NCBI RefSeq assembly: GCF_964194155.1
Contig: NC_135893.1
Location: forward strand, 13,454,001-13,518,000
From: Cetorhinus maximus
Lineage: Eukaryota
Direction of reading: 5' to 3'
Length of the DNA stretch: 64,000 nt
Shown piece by piece: positions 1 through 12,345 of the stretch. The translations under genes were made by a program, and so were the position numbers. Below the pieces are notes generated by a model. The model saw only the letters and a list, made by a program, of their open reading frames with translations. It made no database searches and was not told the DNA's origin. Positions within the stretch are counted from its first letter, which is position 1; every line of letters starts with the position of its first letter.

Positions 1-179
1 ATCCCCCTGCTCGAGATCCATGCACTATTTCCTGCTCCCTCTCTCTAGTCACTCACATTTATGTGGTTAAGGTTTGATGCTCAGCCCCGTTCTCAACTTG
101 AGCATGTTGTTGTGAGCGGTCTTTTAAATTCAGTGTGTCGTGCATTCCAGATTGTTGCGTGGCCACACATGCATGTGCA

Positions 180-278
180 TCTTACAGGGAACATTGCTAC
201 AGGGGTTCCCTGGGAGTATGTCAGTGTTTGCAGGGGCTCCCCAGGAGTGTGTCAGTGTTTTCAGGGGGTTGCACCAGT
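180..278 (+). repeat. ~30-bp minisatellite (gtgtcagtgtttgcagggg...), left part, split by the Harbinger insertion
   Basis: Repeated gtcagtgttt(g/t)caggggg units; the array continues after 4729. Confidence 0.65.
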
Positions 279-793
279 GGCCAGAATTTTACATTGTTAC
301 TGCGGACATGCGCCTGACCCCAACTTGCATGAAATCGTGCGAGAAGACATCAGATGTGTCCTTCCAACATTGTGCACTTGAGCAATATTACGGTTGATGG
401 GCGCACGCAGGAGTTGGAGGCACATTTGCTGACAATTAAAGGGTCATTAAACCTATTAAAAAGGCAATTGTGTAGAATTTTACATTGCCCGTGCAATTTC
501 GCAGTCAATGCATGGGCAACATGGGCAGGCAGCCATTCCATTTTGAAGCATTTCTTATTCAAGGGCAGGATAAAATGGTTCCGAAGCATTGGCAGTGTGA
601 GTAGTTAGGAGTTTAGGTGAGAATTTGCTGTTTGTTTGTTTCTGAGATTTGATAACTTTCTCTGTGATTTTTGCTGCATTCTTTGCATTGGTAGCTTTTT
701 CTTGAGGATTCATTTGTTTTTCCAGCTTTCTTGGAGGATTTCTGCTGAGTGCACCCTTCAGTGCACGAGGCAGTGCCTTCTGCATCTCTGCCA

Positions 794-2045
794 ATGGGGA
801 TTGCATAATCCGCTGGTGGGACCTCCTCAGAAGAGGAAGTGAGGGCCAGAAGGGAGAGGAGGCCAGGTGTCCACAGGCAGCGTCCCAAGGAGTGACCTAT
901 GGGAGGAGAGCTACAGGCACAGGGGGTGTAGGGGCAGCAGGGAGTGCAATGCGAAAGGGTTCACAGAAGACGCCACTACCCTCCAGCCAGAGTCTACAGG
1001 CAGTGCTCCAGCTACCTCAACATGTCTGAGGTCCAGTGCCGAAAGAGGCCCCGCCTCTCAAGGGAGACTGTCACCTCCATATGCCAGATGATTGGGCAGG
1101 AGATCACCTCCAACTGTGTGGGAGGGCACCATATGCCAGTGGTTCTAAAGGTTAAAGTAGCCTTCAACTTTTTCGCCTCCGGTTCTTTCCAGGGGTCAGT
1201 GGGGGATCTGTGTGCTGTGCCCCAATCTGCTGCCCACAGTTGCATCAAGCTGGCCACTGACGCTCTCTACATGCAGGCCATGACATTCATTCCTTCTCTG
1301 ATGGACGAAGCTAGCCAGGCTGAGCAAGCCAGAGGCTTCGCGGCGATTGCTGGGTCCCACCACATCCAGGGTGCCATTGACTGTACCCATGTGGCTATCA
1401 AGGCACCAGCAGGTGAGCCAGGTGCCTTCGTGAACAGAAAGGGCTTCGACTCCATGAACGTGGAGATAGTCTGCAATGACAAGACACACATTCTGCAAGT
1501 CTGTGCAGGTACCCCGGCACTTCCCATGATGTATATATCCTGTGATACTCCCAGGTGCCAAGGCTGTTCGTCACTCCAGCTCAGTTGGATGGCTGGCTCC
1601 TCGGTGATGAAAGCTATTCCTTGAAAAGGTGGCTCATGACGCCACTCTGTACTCAAGGACAGAAATGGAGGAGAGATACAATAGGAGTCATGCCTCCACA
1701 AAGGTGGTTATTGAGATGACCATTGGGTTGCTGAAGATGACGTTCAGATACCTGGACCAATCAGGGGGAGCACTGCGATGACCTCCAGAGCACATGTAGC
1801 TTATAGTCAATGCATGCTGCACTCGGCACAATTTAGCTCTGGCAAGGGGGGATCCACTGGAGGATGAGGATAGCGAGGCAGCACCACAGGCCACAGAGGA
1901 TGACTCAGGCGATGGCTCTGACGAGGAGCCCGGTTGTGGTGGGTGGGGGGGGTGCGCACAGGGTGAGGACGTGGAGGCAGACTTGAGGAACCTTTAGGGA
2001 GGCAGGGGCACCAGGGAGGCCTTGATTCTACGCATGTTCAGCTAG
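794..2045 (+). pseudogene. Harbinger (HARBI1-like, DDE_Tnp_4) transposase, frameshifted
   Basis: ORF 944-1624 contains FFASGSFQ, GAIDCTHVAIKAP and FVNRKGFDSMNV. After a frameshift near 1510 another frame gives [37 protein letters not shown] and ACCTRHNLA, with in-frame stops. Confidence 0.9.
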
Positions 2046-2351
2046 GCTGCCAAGGCACTGCTTCTAGCCCTTTCCAAGGGTGCTGCCTCCTTACCACGCA
2101 TTTGTGATGAGCCAAACCTATGACCCCAAAGTTGATTCATAACCTCAGTAATAAAGATCCCAGCCCCTGCCGTCTACCATAAGCCACTGCCGTGCCCTGC
2201 ACCTATGAAAGACATCAAGCATTCTCAGGCCATTAAAACAAAATCAATATTTATCTCTTCTCCACGGTCACCAAAAAGGAAAATAACATAATGTGGTCTT
2301 AACATTTGCATCAGCAAAATACATAATACTGACAAAATTAAATAATCTCAC

Positions 2352-4393
2352 CTGTGAAAACCACCTCTTGTGCTCACGGTGCTGCTTCTTGGTGACCACC
2401 ACCTTGCTAGCAGCGACATTGGTGCAGCCTGCTGACTCTGCTGTCCTTTTGGCCCTGATGACCTTGGTAGTCCTCTGGCTGGTGGAGCCTGTGGTCGCTG
2501 CCTGGAAAGGTGCATCCAGTGCCATGGCTGGGCACTCCTCAGTCATCGCGGCCTCATCAGACGCCACAGTCACTGGCAGGGGGACAGAGGAGCTGCTGCC
2601 ACCATCCAGGGTGCCCTGAAAGGAGTCTACAGAGATGACAGGAAGCTCATCCGCCAGCGTCAGGTCAGTTTGGACCTCCCTGCTTGCCAATGATGGAGAG
2701 GCACCTAACAGAGAGACTAGGTTCCTCATCCATCTCTCATAGTGGCAGTGACCTCCTAAGGCCAGGAACCCTTGATTTTGCATCTGGAGCTGCCTCTCCA
2801 TGAGAGTTGCTGCTCTATGGATTGAGATGAGGGTGGTGAACCTATGGAATTCTCTACCAAAGAAGGCTGTGAAGACCAAGTCACTGAATATATTTAAGAA
2901 GCAAATAGATAGATTTCTGGGCTCTAAAGGCCTCGAGGGTTATGGGGAGAGCGCAAGAGTACGGCGTTAAGATAGAGGATTAGCCATGATCATATTGAAT
3001 GGCGGAGCAGGCTCGAAAGGCCGAATGGCGTACTCCTGCTCCTGTTTTCTATGTTTCTCTCAATGGAGAAGGCTGTGTGCTCGGAGGTCCGGGTCAACGC
3101 GGTGCTCATGCTCCGCATGGACTCCCCCATGGCAGATACCATGGCACGCAGACCCTCAGGGATCTCCGCCAGATTTTCCCACACATCTCATAGGACATCC
3201 AGCATCTGCGGCCTGATTGATGACTCCAGAGGCTCATCATCTGCCTCAGACTCAGCATGGTCCAAGTCTCCAGCGGTCCTTCAACTGCTGGTGCGCTGGG
3301 CACTCTCTGCCTCCACCAGGTCCTCATGAGAGTATGCCATGCCCTCCTCACTTTGCACTGCCATCAGAGTCAATGAACTAATGCCCACCGATGTGCTTGT
3401 ATCTGCATTGGTGCCTGGTTTTGAGAGAGTGTGACATAAGTGCATCTATCTGTTGCTTCTTCTTGGATGTCAAAGGAGGGTCCTCAGGGTTCTCGAAGCC
3501 TTTGGAGGATGGCGCATCTGAAGGAGGAAGACAACATGTCAGTAGTATCAATCATCACATAGTTAATGTGCATGCTAGGAGGGCTGGTGAGACAATGGAG
3601 AGCTGCATCATGGTGCCATTCTGATTGGAGGATCAATGGGCAATCTTGCTTTGAACTTATCTTTTCAGATGAGAGGACCCTACATTGTTTGCACTCTCCG
3701 CCATTCACACATCTGTCCACTGCACTCTTATCTTCCTCTGAGACCCCTGCCTCTTCATGACCAGTGAACCGAGATCCACGGTGCATTCCAGCTCCAGGGC
3801 ATCCATCTCGTGCCTTGTAAGGATGAGTATCTTGGGCACCCCACCGCCCATTCCTGTTCGCTCAATGGAGTTATAGCTTCTCTTCACCTGAAAGGGCAGA
3901 AGAGAATTCATTACTACTCCCTCTCCCTGCAGCATCATTCCAGCCTGAGAAACAGGCTTCGGGGCGCATCAGAGTTACACACTTCACCCTTCAATGCACT
4001 CAGGACAGGTGGGCAGACCTCCCAGCCTTGGTCATCACATGTTCAGTGCCAATTGGCAAATACACTCTTACTCCCCCGAGCGCTACGATGAACGGCCATT
4101 CGTCAACACAATTCCACACAGTACCATGCCAACTCAGTACTCACCCTTGCCAAGCACGGAAGATCGTTAAACCTTTTGTGGCACTGGATGCATGTGAAGT
4201 GCATCACATCATGCCTGCTCACCTGAGCTGCCACCTCTGCCCAGGCCTTCTTGGTGAGGTGCGGTGGCCTCCTCTTGCCATCCTGTGGCATCAAAACGTA
4301 CCGCCTGGCACTTACTTCCTCCACCAGCATGCCCAGGCACTTATCAGAGAAATGGGTGGGGGGGCAGAGTGCCCACTGGACTTGCCCCCCCAC
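2352..4393 (-). pseudogene. Harbinger Myb/SANT-like DNA-binding protein gene, spliced and decayed
   Basis: Exon 1 encodes FSDKCLGMLVEEVSARRYVL..KKAWAEVAAQVS..QCHKRFNDL and ends at a GTGAGT donor (4144-4139). An acceptor at 3890-3888 precedes VKRSYNSIERTGMGGG. There is another acceptor at 3520-3518 and a donor near 2351. A CR1 fragment interrupts the gene. Confidence 0.8.
2822..3058 (+). mobile_element. CR1 LINE 3' fragment nested in the Harbinger Myb gene
   Basis: gtggtgaacctatggaattctctacc...gaatggcggagcaggctcgaaaggccgaatggcgtactcctgctcct is the same CR1 3' end seen at 34740-34960 and 27040-27240. Confidence 0.85.
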
Positions 4394-4929
4394 CTGCCGT
4401 GCTCACCGAGTGCTGAGGCTATTACAACAGAATAGTTATAACTAATTAAATTTCTTCTGGACAGCTCCTCCCCAACTCCTGGCAGCCTTCAGGGAGCTGC
4501 TGACTTTTTAAAACCCCCACCGTGTCCCCACTGGACCTGGAGCCTGACAAGCTCCTGCCCCCGCCTCGACCAGCAGCCCTCTCAAAAGACACATTTTACG
4601 CTGGACGGGCCTTAATTGGCCCGCCAGTGTGAAATCGTGTTCCTAATGTGATTTCGCTTGGGAGCGGATTCCACATCCGCTTCCGGGCTCGATGAACATG
4701 CATGCCTGACAGGCATGAAATTCAGGCCAGTGTCTGTAAAGGTTGAAGTTTCCCAGGAGCAATTTTCTCTCTAGTTTTTTAAAATTGCGCACAGCCGGTT
4801 CATTTGAATGCACAGTATCTTTAAATATTTTTGTGCAGCCACGCATGCATGGTATCTTAAAGGGGACAGATTATGACCAACTTGCATGGTCCCTTCTGGT
4901 TGCTGTGTGGGTATGCAGCTCCAGGGAAC

Positions 4930-5345
4930 ATTACTCAAGCGTGGCAAGGCTGTAGGGATTTCCCACAAGTGTGTCTGTGTCGCAGCATTGCCCATGAGTG
5001 TGTCCCTGTTGTAGGGGTTCCACAGACGTGTGTCAGTGTTGTAGGGATTTCCCAGTGAGTCAGTGTTTGTAGGGATTCCCCAGTAGTGTGTCAGTGTTGT
5101 AGGGATTTCCCAGGAGTGTGTCAGTGTGTGAAGCGGTTCATCAGGCTTATGTCAATCTCTGCAGGGGTTCTCTTGAAGTTTGCCAGTGTTGCGGGAGTAC
5201 CCAAGAATGTGTGGACCATTGCAGGCATTCTCTTCTGTATGTCAGTGTTTGTAGGTGGCCTTGGGAGTGTGGTATGTTTCAGGGGTTCTCTTGGAGTATG
5301 TAAGTGTTTTCAAGGGTTTTCTGGGGATGTGTCAATATTTGTAGT
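4930..5345 (+). repeat. ~30-bp degenerate minisatellite (gtgtcagtgttgtagggatttcccaggagt)
   Basis: More than ten visible tandem units. Confidence 0.85.
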
Positions 5346-5756
5346 GGTCTCTACACAGAAAGGTTTGAGAGCTGCTGGTAAGGACCTTACAGTATTCATT
5401 TACCCGTTACTACATTCTGGTTAAAAATTCTAAAACCAATTAGCCACTTGTTTATGTATACTCTTATGAAAATGTCATTTGCTTTGCCAAATTTTTCTTA
5501 TTCTTAAAGGGGCAGCATTTGCCTTAAAAAGTAACTGTTAAATCCTTGTTTTGGTTTGAAAATGAATGGCACAATGAAGTAATCATTAGAAAACATTGAA
5601 TATATTATCCAGCAAGTGCTGTTCCTGAATGAATGGTTACATGCTCATACTTTATCTTGGTCTCGTTCTGTGTAATCATTTGCCTACAAAACAACAGTGA
5701 CATTTCACTGGCTTTGAAGTGCTTTGGATGGTCTGAAGAAGTGAAAGGTGCTATAG

Positions 5757-8065
5757 GCACTAGTTAGGCCTCATCTGGAGTACTGTGTCCAGTTCCAGGC
5801 ACCATACTTGAGGAAGGACGTGAAGACATTGGAGAGAGTACAGAGGAGATTCACAAGAATGATTCCTGGGATGAAGAACTGTGGCTATGAGGATAGATTG
5901 GAGTGGTTGGGACTATTTTCCTTGGAGAACAGAAGGCTGAGAGGAGACTTGAGGGTTATGGACAGGGTAAATAGTGAGAAACTGTTCTCACTCAAGAGAA
6001 CATCAAGAACTACAGGGCACAGATTCAAAATAATTGGCAAAAGAACATAAGAACTAGGAACAGGAGTAGACCATTTGGCCCCTTGAGCCTGATCTGCCAT
6101 TCAATACAATCACGGCTGATCTTCTTGTGTTTCGATTTCCACATTCCCATCTAACCCTGATAATCTTTGATTCCCTTGCCTAACAAGAATCTATCTACCT
6201 CTGCCTTAAAAATGTCCAATGATCCCGCCTCCACCACCTCCTGAGGCAGAGAGTTTCAAAGTCGCACAACCCTCTGAGAGAAAAAAATTCTCCTCATCTC
6301 TGTCCTAAAAGGGCGACCCCTAATTTTAAAACAGTGCCCCCTAGTTCTGGACTCACCCACAAGAGGAAACATCCTTTCAACATCTACCTTGTCGAGGCCG
6401 TTCAGGATCTTGTATAGTTCAATCAAATCACCCCTCACTCTTCTAAACTCCAGTGGAAACAAGCCCAGTCTGTCCAACCTTTCCTCATAAGACAACTCAC
6501 TCATTCCAGGCATCAATCTAGTAAGCCTCCTTTGAATTGCCTCCAATGCATCCTTCCTTAAATAAGGAAGCCAGAACTGCACACAGTATTTGAGACGCAG
6601 TTTCACCAATGCCCTGTATAACTGAAGCATAACATCCTTATTTTTATGCTCAATCCCTCTCATAATAAAGGATCACATTCCATTAGCCTTCTTAATTACT
6701 TGCTGTACCTGCATACTAACTTTTTGTGACTCATGTACTAGAACACCTAGATCCCTCTACACCTCAGAATTATGCAGCCATTCTCCACTTAAGTAATGCT
6801 CTGCCTTTTCATTCTTCCAGCCAAGGTGAACAACTTCACATTTTCCTATATTAAACTTCATTTGCCAGATCTTTGCCCACTCACTCAACCTATCTATATC
6901 CATCTGCAGCCTCCTCATGTCCTCTTCACAACATGCTTTCCTACCTATCTTTGTGTCAACTGCAAATTTAGCTACCATGTCTTCAATCCCCTCATCTAAG
7001 TCATTGATGTAAATCATAAAAAGTTGAGGCCCCAGTACAGACCCCTGTGGGACGCCACTCGTCACATCCTGCCAATCAGAAAAAGACCTATTTATGCATA
7101 ATCTCTGCTTTCTGCCAGCCAACCAATCTTCTATCCATGCTAATATGTTACCACCTACATGATGTGCTTTTATTTTCCGTAATAATCTTTGATGTGGCAT
7201 CTTATCAAATGCCTTCTGGAAATCCAAGTACTGTACGTCTACAGGCTCCCCTTTATCTACTGCACAGGTTACTTCTTCAAAAAATTCCAATAAATTGGTT
7301 AAACATAATTTTCCTTTCACAAAACCATGCTGACTCTTCCCAGTTGCCTTGAGCTCTTCCAAGTGCCCAGCTATAACCTCCTTAATGATCAATTCTAATA
7401 GCTTCCCCATGACAGACGTCAAGCTAGCTGGCCTAAAGTTTCCTGTTTTCTGCCTACCTCCTTTCTTGAATAGAGGGGTTATATTTGCTGCCTTCCAATC
7501 TGATGTATCCTTTCCAGAATCCAGCGAATTTTGGAAAATTACCAACAGCGCATTGACTACCTCATTAGCCCCTAGGATGTAGTCCATCGGGACCCGGAGA
7601 CTTGCCAACCCGCAGCTCCATCAATTTGCTCAGTATCATTTCCCTAGTGATTTCAATTTCACCAAGATTCTTTCTCCCGTTCACCACCTGATTTGCAGCT
7701 ATTAATGGAATGATTTTTGTATCCTCTATAGTGAACACAGAAACAAAATATTTGTTCACTTCTTCTGCCATTTCCTTATTATCCACTGTCACTCTCTAGA
7801 AGACCAACACTCACTTTACTAACTCTTTTCCTTTTTAGGAGTAAATGTGATGTGAGGAAATTTCTTTTTCACCAGAGGGTGGTGGGAGTTTGGAACAAAC
7901 TTCCTGAAAGGGTGGTGGAGGCAGGTTCGATTGAGGGAATTGGATTGCTACCTGAAAAGAGAGAATGTGCAAGGTAATGGGGATAAGGCAGGGGAGTGGG
8001 ACTAGGCGGAATGCTCTTTCAGACTCGATGGGCCAAATGGCCTCCTTCTGCACTGTAAAGATAGT
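5757..8065 (+). mobile_element. CR1 LINE 3' fragment (host), split at ~6045-7836 by an antisense CR1
   Basis: ORF 5808-6050 RKDVKTLERVQRRFTRMIPGM..RLRGDL; the sequence resumes at ~7838 (gtgaggaaatttcttt..agggtggtgggagtttggaac) and runs into the CR1 3' UTR. Confidence 0.8.
6045..7836 (-). mobile_element. CR1 LINE ORF2 (RT domain to 3' UTR), 5'-truncated
   Basis: ORFs 7565-7792, 6757-7608 (YLDFQKAFDK, GVPQGSVLGP, KFAVDTK) and 6256-6663; the 3' tail ends in ...ttcttatgttct on the minus strand. Confidence 0.92.
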
Positions 8066-8329
8066 GTGGGGATACTGTGATATAAATGCAAGGTCCTTCC
8101 CTTTTTAGTGCAATCATTTAAAATAATCAAATTAGTACAAGAGCACAGAGCTAGTCTAAAAGTACATCCAATCATGTCTGTGGCACGCAGTGTCTCCCTA
8201 GAATTATGTTTTCATTCCTAAGCAAGAAAATAAGGTTTGCAATTAGCTTTACCTAAATGGATTTTATTTTTCCCTTTTCCTAAAGATATTGACTTTCATC
8301 AGGTTCACTCTGCAGGTGCATTCTAATAT

Positions 8330-8620
8330 CTCATTCAGGTGCTTATTTTCCAGATGAAAACAGAGTCAATGAGATGTCAGCAGGCATCATAGCCAAGCAT
8401 GTTCCTTTCCTCATCTGATGTGCACACATGCATCCTTTGTATTAGTGGCTACAGGATAGCAATCAGGAATGTGAACCCTAAATGATTCTCCTCCACCCCA
8501 TCCCCACCAATCATGTAGCATTAAAGCCAATTGAGATCAGCTAACTGAGATTTAAACCTCAGACCCTTCTGAACTTTATGACTCAGTTTGTCTACCATTA
8601 CCAACTGGGCTATTGGGGGA
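8330..8620 (-). mobile_element. Old tRNA-derived SINE (same family as 13600-13900, 20380-20720 and 54560-54840)
   Basis: Shares gatcagctaact..aaacct and gatagcaatcaggaat blocks with the other copies. Confidence 0.5.
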
Positions 8621-8639
8621 GCTGAAGCCAATGCAACTT

Positions 8640-9280
8640 ATAGTGACTTTTCAAAAAGTGGGTCTTTCTAATGAAGGGTTAACCTAAGATACCATCTGCT
8701 GCTTCACTGGTTCTGTGTATGAAGATCAAGGAGGAGCAGGCTTTTCACCCAATGTCCTGGCTAACATTCCTCCCTCACTATCACAAATAAAAATAGATTG
8801 AGTGCTCATTCACCTCATCGATGCTTATAGAGTCATTTATGGTAAAGGGGCCATTTGGCCCATCGAGTCCATGCTGATGATCCAGTCAGTCCCATTGTGC
8901 CATTCCATCCCTGTAGCCCTACAAGTTTATTTCTTTCAGGTACCCATCCAATTTCCTTTTGAAATCTCTGCTCCCACCACTCTCAAGGGCAATGAGTTCC
9001 AGATCATTCCCACTCACTGCATAAAAAACTTCCTCCTCACGTCCCTCCCCCCACGCCACGCCACCCCCCCCCCCCACCCCCCAAAACCAAGACCCAAGCT
9101 TTTCATAATCCTGTACACCTTTATTAAATCTCCCTTCAATCTCCTTTGTTCCAAGAAGAATGGGACCTTGCTGTGCGCAAAAAAGCTGCATTACGCATCA
9201 AAGCAATTGATTGCCTGTGAAGCACTTTTACACCTGATAATCAGTAAGGCACTATAGAAAAAAAGCTTTTCTTTCTCTTA
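8640..9280 (+). mobile_element. Deu-domain SINE interrupted by an antisense CR1 3' fragment (8825-9160)
   Basis: gagcagg..ccaatgtcctggctaacattcctccctca is the Deu core; after the CR1 piece it resumes at tgggaccttgctgtgcgcaa with the L2-like tail. Confidence 0.65.
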
Positions 9281-9869
9281 AAAGAAATGTAATCAACAAA
9301 AGAAATTTGACTACTTCAGTATTATTTTGTAGACATCCATATGTATGTTCCAAGGAAAGGTTCTATTTGTGACCCTTTAGAAATAAAATGCCCCTTTCCA
9401 GTTTTCTGTGGATGGAAATTTTGGCAAGCAGTATCACCAAGTCTGGTGTAAAAGGCAACTACACAGTCCTTGAGGAGAGTTAATTGGTCATTTTTGACAA
9501 AGTGTCAACAGCCCGTTGCACAAACACAGTTAATTTCACACGGTGGTCTTTATTTTTACTGGGTTCATGGCCAAAGCACTGCAGGGCTTCAAAGCAGAGA
9601 GCTGTGAGGGTGCTGAGGTTTGGGGTTTAAGCACGATTCCTCTATGCTTTGAGTTAATGATTCAGGCATGCAGTCATGGGATAAGTACCAAACAGAAGCC
9701 AGACAAGTGCACACAGGCAGGGTCACTCCAGGCTGTCCTGACACGTCATTGAGGTATAGAAGCAGGACTCCAGCCTACCCTCATACAGCAAATAGAGACA
9801 GCAGGAGAAGAACAAAGAGGAAAAGTATAAACTTACTAAACAAAAACCTGAAAAATCTGAAGTTCAGAA

Positions 9870-10200
9870 AAGGAAAGATTTGCATTTATATATCAAGCTC
9901 TCAGAAACACCTCAAGGTGCTTCACATATAATTCATTACTTTATGGTACATGACTAGGTAGTCAAACAAACATGACACTCCACCAATAATAATGAGTGTC
10001 CAAGACAGGAGGAATTCCTGGCTCCACTTCAAATGGTGCTAGGACCTTTACTACAACAGATAGATAGAGTTTTAGTTTAACATCTCATTTAAAGGACAAA
10101 GCATTCCTTCCATATTGTGCTAAAATGTCAACTTAGATTATGAGCTCAAAGACTTGGTATGGGATTTGAGCTCACAACATTCTGACTCAATTTATAACTT
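9870..10200 (-). mobile_element. Degenerate Deu-domain SINE
   Basis: Reverse complement of the family at 11900-12345 (ttgcatttatat tail, gtttaacatctcat, ttctgactca head). Confidence 0.6.
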
Positions 10201-10517
10201 TGCTGAGTTCTGATGCTGGGACAGATCCATGCTAGTGGTAAGCAGAAATTGCAAAATTGTAGCTAAAGTGATGTATACCAGCTCTGACCCACTCTTGCCT
10301 TTAGCAAGGCTGAGTCAGTATGAGAGACTGGCAAAATTATTCCCATCATCGCTGTTTATTTATTTAGTGTACAGTGGTGTCATGGTTTCAATGAGGGACT
10401 AGCAACCAATCATAACATGTTGTCAAGTGGAATTTGAGTCTGCTCTTTGCTGAGCTGGCACTAATCAAGTGATCAGAAAAGCTGTTGAGTAGTTGTAAAA
10501 ACCCAACTGCTTCACTA

Positions 10518-11800
10518 GCATCTGTTCTGATGACGTTCCTCTGACATGTCCTCCTTCTTCTTTAACTGAGGTTTTCCACCCACGGTCGTTGACAGGGCCC
10601 TCAACCGTGTCCGGCCCATCTCCCGCGCATCTGCCCTCACGCCTTCTCCTCCCTCCCAGAAACATGATAGGGTCCCCCTTGTCCTCACTTATCACCCCAC
10701 CAGCCTCCGCATTCAAAGGATCATCCTCCGCCATTTCCGCCAACTCCAGCATGATGCCGCCACCAAACACATCTTCCCTTCACCCCCCCTGGCAGCATTC
10801 CGTAGGGATCGTTCCCTCCGGGACACCCTGGTCCACTCCTCCATCACCCCCTACTCCTCAACCCCCACCTATGGCACCTCCCCATGCCCACGCAGAAGAT
10901 GCAACACCTGCCCCTTCACTTCCTCTCTCCTCACCGTCCAAGGGCCCAAACACTCCTTTCAAGTGAAGCAGCATTTCACTTGCATTTCCCCTAACTTAGT
11001 CTACTGCATTCGTTGCTCCCAATGCGGTCTCCTCTACATTGGAGAGACCAAACGCAAACTGGGCGACCGCTTTGCAGAACACCTGCGGTCTGTCCGCAAG
11101 AAAGACCCAAACCTCCCTGTCACTTGCCATTTTAATATTCCACCCTGTTCTCTTGCCCACATGTCTGTCCTTGGCTTGCTGCATTGTTCCAGTGAAGCCC
11201 AACGCAAACTGGAGGAACAGCACCTCATCTTCCGACTAGGCACTTTACAGCCTTCTGGGCTGAATATTGAATTCAACAACTTTAGATCTTAAACTCCCTC
11301 CCCTCATCCCCAACCCGTTTCTTCCCCCTCCCTTTTGTTTTTTTCAATAATTTATATAGATTTTTCTTGTCCCACCTATTTCCATTATTTTTAAATCTAC
11401 AACTAATACCTTGTCAATCTTTCCACCCCACCCCCACTAGAGCTGTACCTTGAGTGTCCTGCCTTCCATTCTTAATTAGCACATTCTCTTAGATAATATC
11501 ACCACCTTCAACACCTCTTTGATCCTTTTGTCTGTGACATCTTTTGATTCTCTGCTCCTATCACTGCTTGCTTGTCCCTACAACCACCCCACCCTCAACT
11601 TCTCTCCCCCACCCCACCCCCCACCTTAAACCAGCTTATATTTCACCCCTCTCCTAACTACACTCAGTTCTGTTGAAGGGTCATTGGACTCGAAACGTCA
11701 ACTCTTTTCTTCTCCACCGATGCTGCCAGATCTGCTGAGTTTTTCCAGGTAATTCTGTTTTTGTTTTTGTTTTGGATTTCCAGCATCCGCAGTAGTTTTT
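10518..11800 (+). mobile_element. 5'-truncated Penelope-like element, family A (GIY-YIG end plus pLTR), inserted in a SINE
   Basis: 10-bp TSD tgcttcacta (10508-10517 and 11801-11810). ORF 10963-11292 LVYCIRCSQCGLLYIGETKRKLGDRFAEH is nearly identical to the end of ORF 46532-48058. The host SINE core gttgtaaaaacccaactg|cactaatgtccttcaggga rejoins across it. Confidence 0.93.
11666..11703 (+). ncRNA. Minimal type-I hammerhead ribozyme motif (variant core CUGUUGA) in a Penelope pLTR
   Basis: agtt-CTGTTGA-a-gggtc-attg-gactc-GAAA-cg-TC-aact: helix I agtt/aact, helix II gggtc/gactc, palindromic helix III acgt, GUC cleavage triplet. Confidence 0.7.
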
Positions 11801-11899
11801 TGCTTCACTAATGTCCTTCAGGGAAACCATCCTGCCGCCTTTATCTAGTCTGACCTACATGTGATTCCAGTCCCACACCATGGTTGGCTCTACGATGTC

Positions 11900-12345
11900 A
11901 GCCACGGTTCAACGGTAGCACCTTTGCCTAGATCATGAAGGTTGTTGGTTCAAGCTTCACTACAAAGTCTTGAGCACAACATCTTCAGCACAGTAATGAG
12001 GGAGTGCTGCACTGTTGGAGATGCTGTCTTTCAGATGGAATGTTAAACTGAGGGCATATCTGCCCACTCGGTTGGAAGTAAAAATCCCATGACAATATTC
12101 ACAAAACAGAAGTGTTCACCCCAGTGTTCTGGCCAATATTTATCCCTCAACCAACATCAGTAAAACATATTATCAAGTCATTATCTCACTGCTGATTGTG
12201 GAAGCTTGCTGTGCACAAATTGGCTGCCACAATTCCTATGGTACAATAGTTACTACACTTCAAAAGTACTTAATTGCCCCAAAAGCACTTTGAGATGCCC
12301 TAACGTTGTGAAAGACACTAAGTAAATGCAAATTCTTTCTTTCTC
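11900..12345 (+). mobile_element. tRNA-headed Deu-domain SINE (SacSINE1-like) with L2-type tail
   Basis: B-box ggttcaagc; Deu core gatggaatgttaaactgaggg..aaaatcccatgacaatatt..gttctggccaatatttatccctcaaccaac; tail taaatgcaaattctttctttc. Confidence 0.8.

Larger units (their letters stand above)
279..4728 (+). mobile_element. Full-length decayed PIF/Harbinger DNA transposon (transposase plus convergent Myb/SANT gene)
   Basis: TIRs ggccagaattt (279) and aaattcaggcc (ends 4728), 3-bp TSD AGT (276-278 and 4729-4731), and the two convergent genes typical of Harbinger. Confidence 0.9.

Noticed and set aside
944-1624. Domesticated HARBI1 host gene
   Set aside because: It has frameshifts and stops and lies within TIRs/TSD beside a Myb partner, so it is a decayed transposon.
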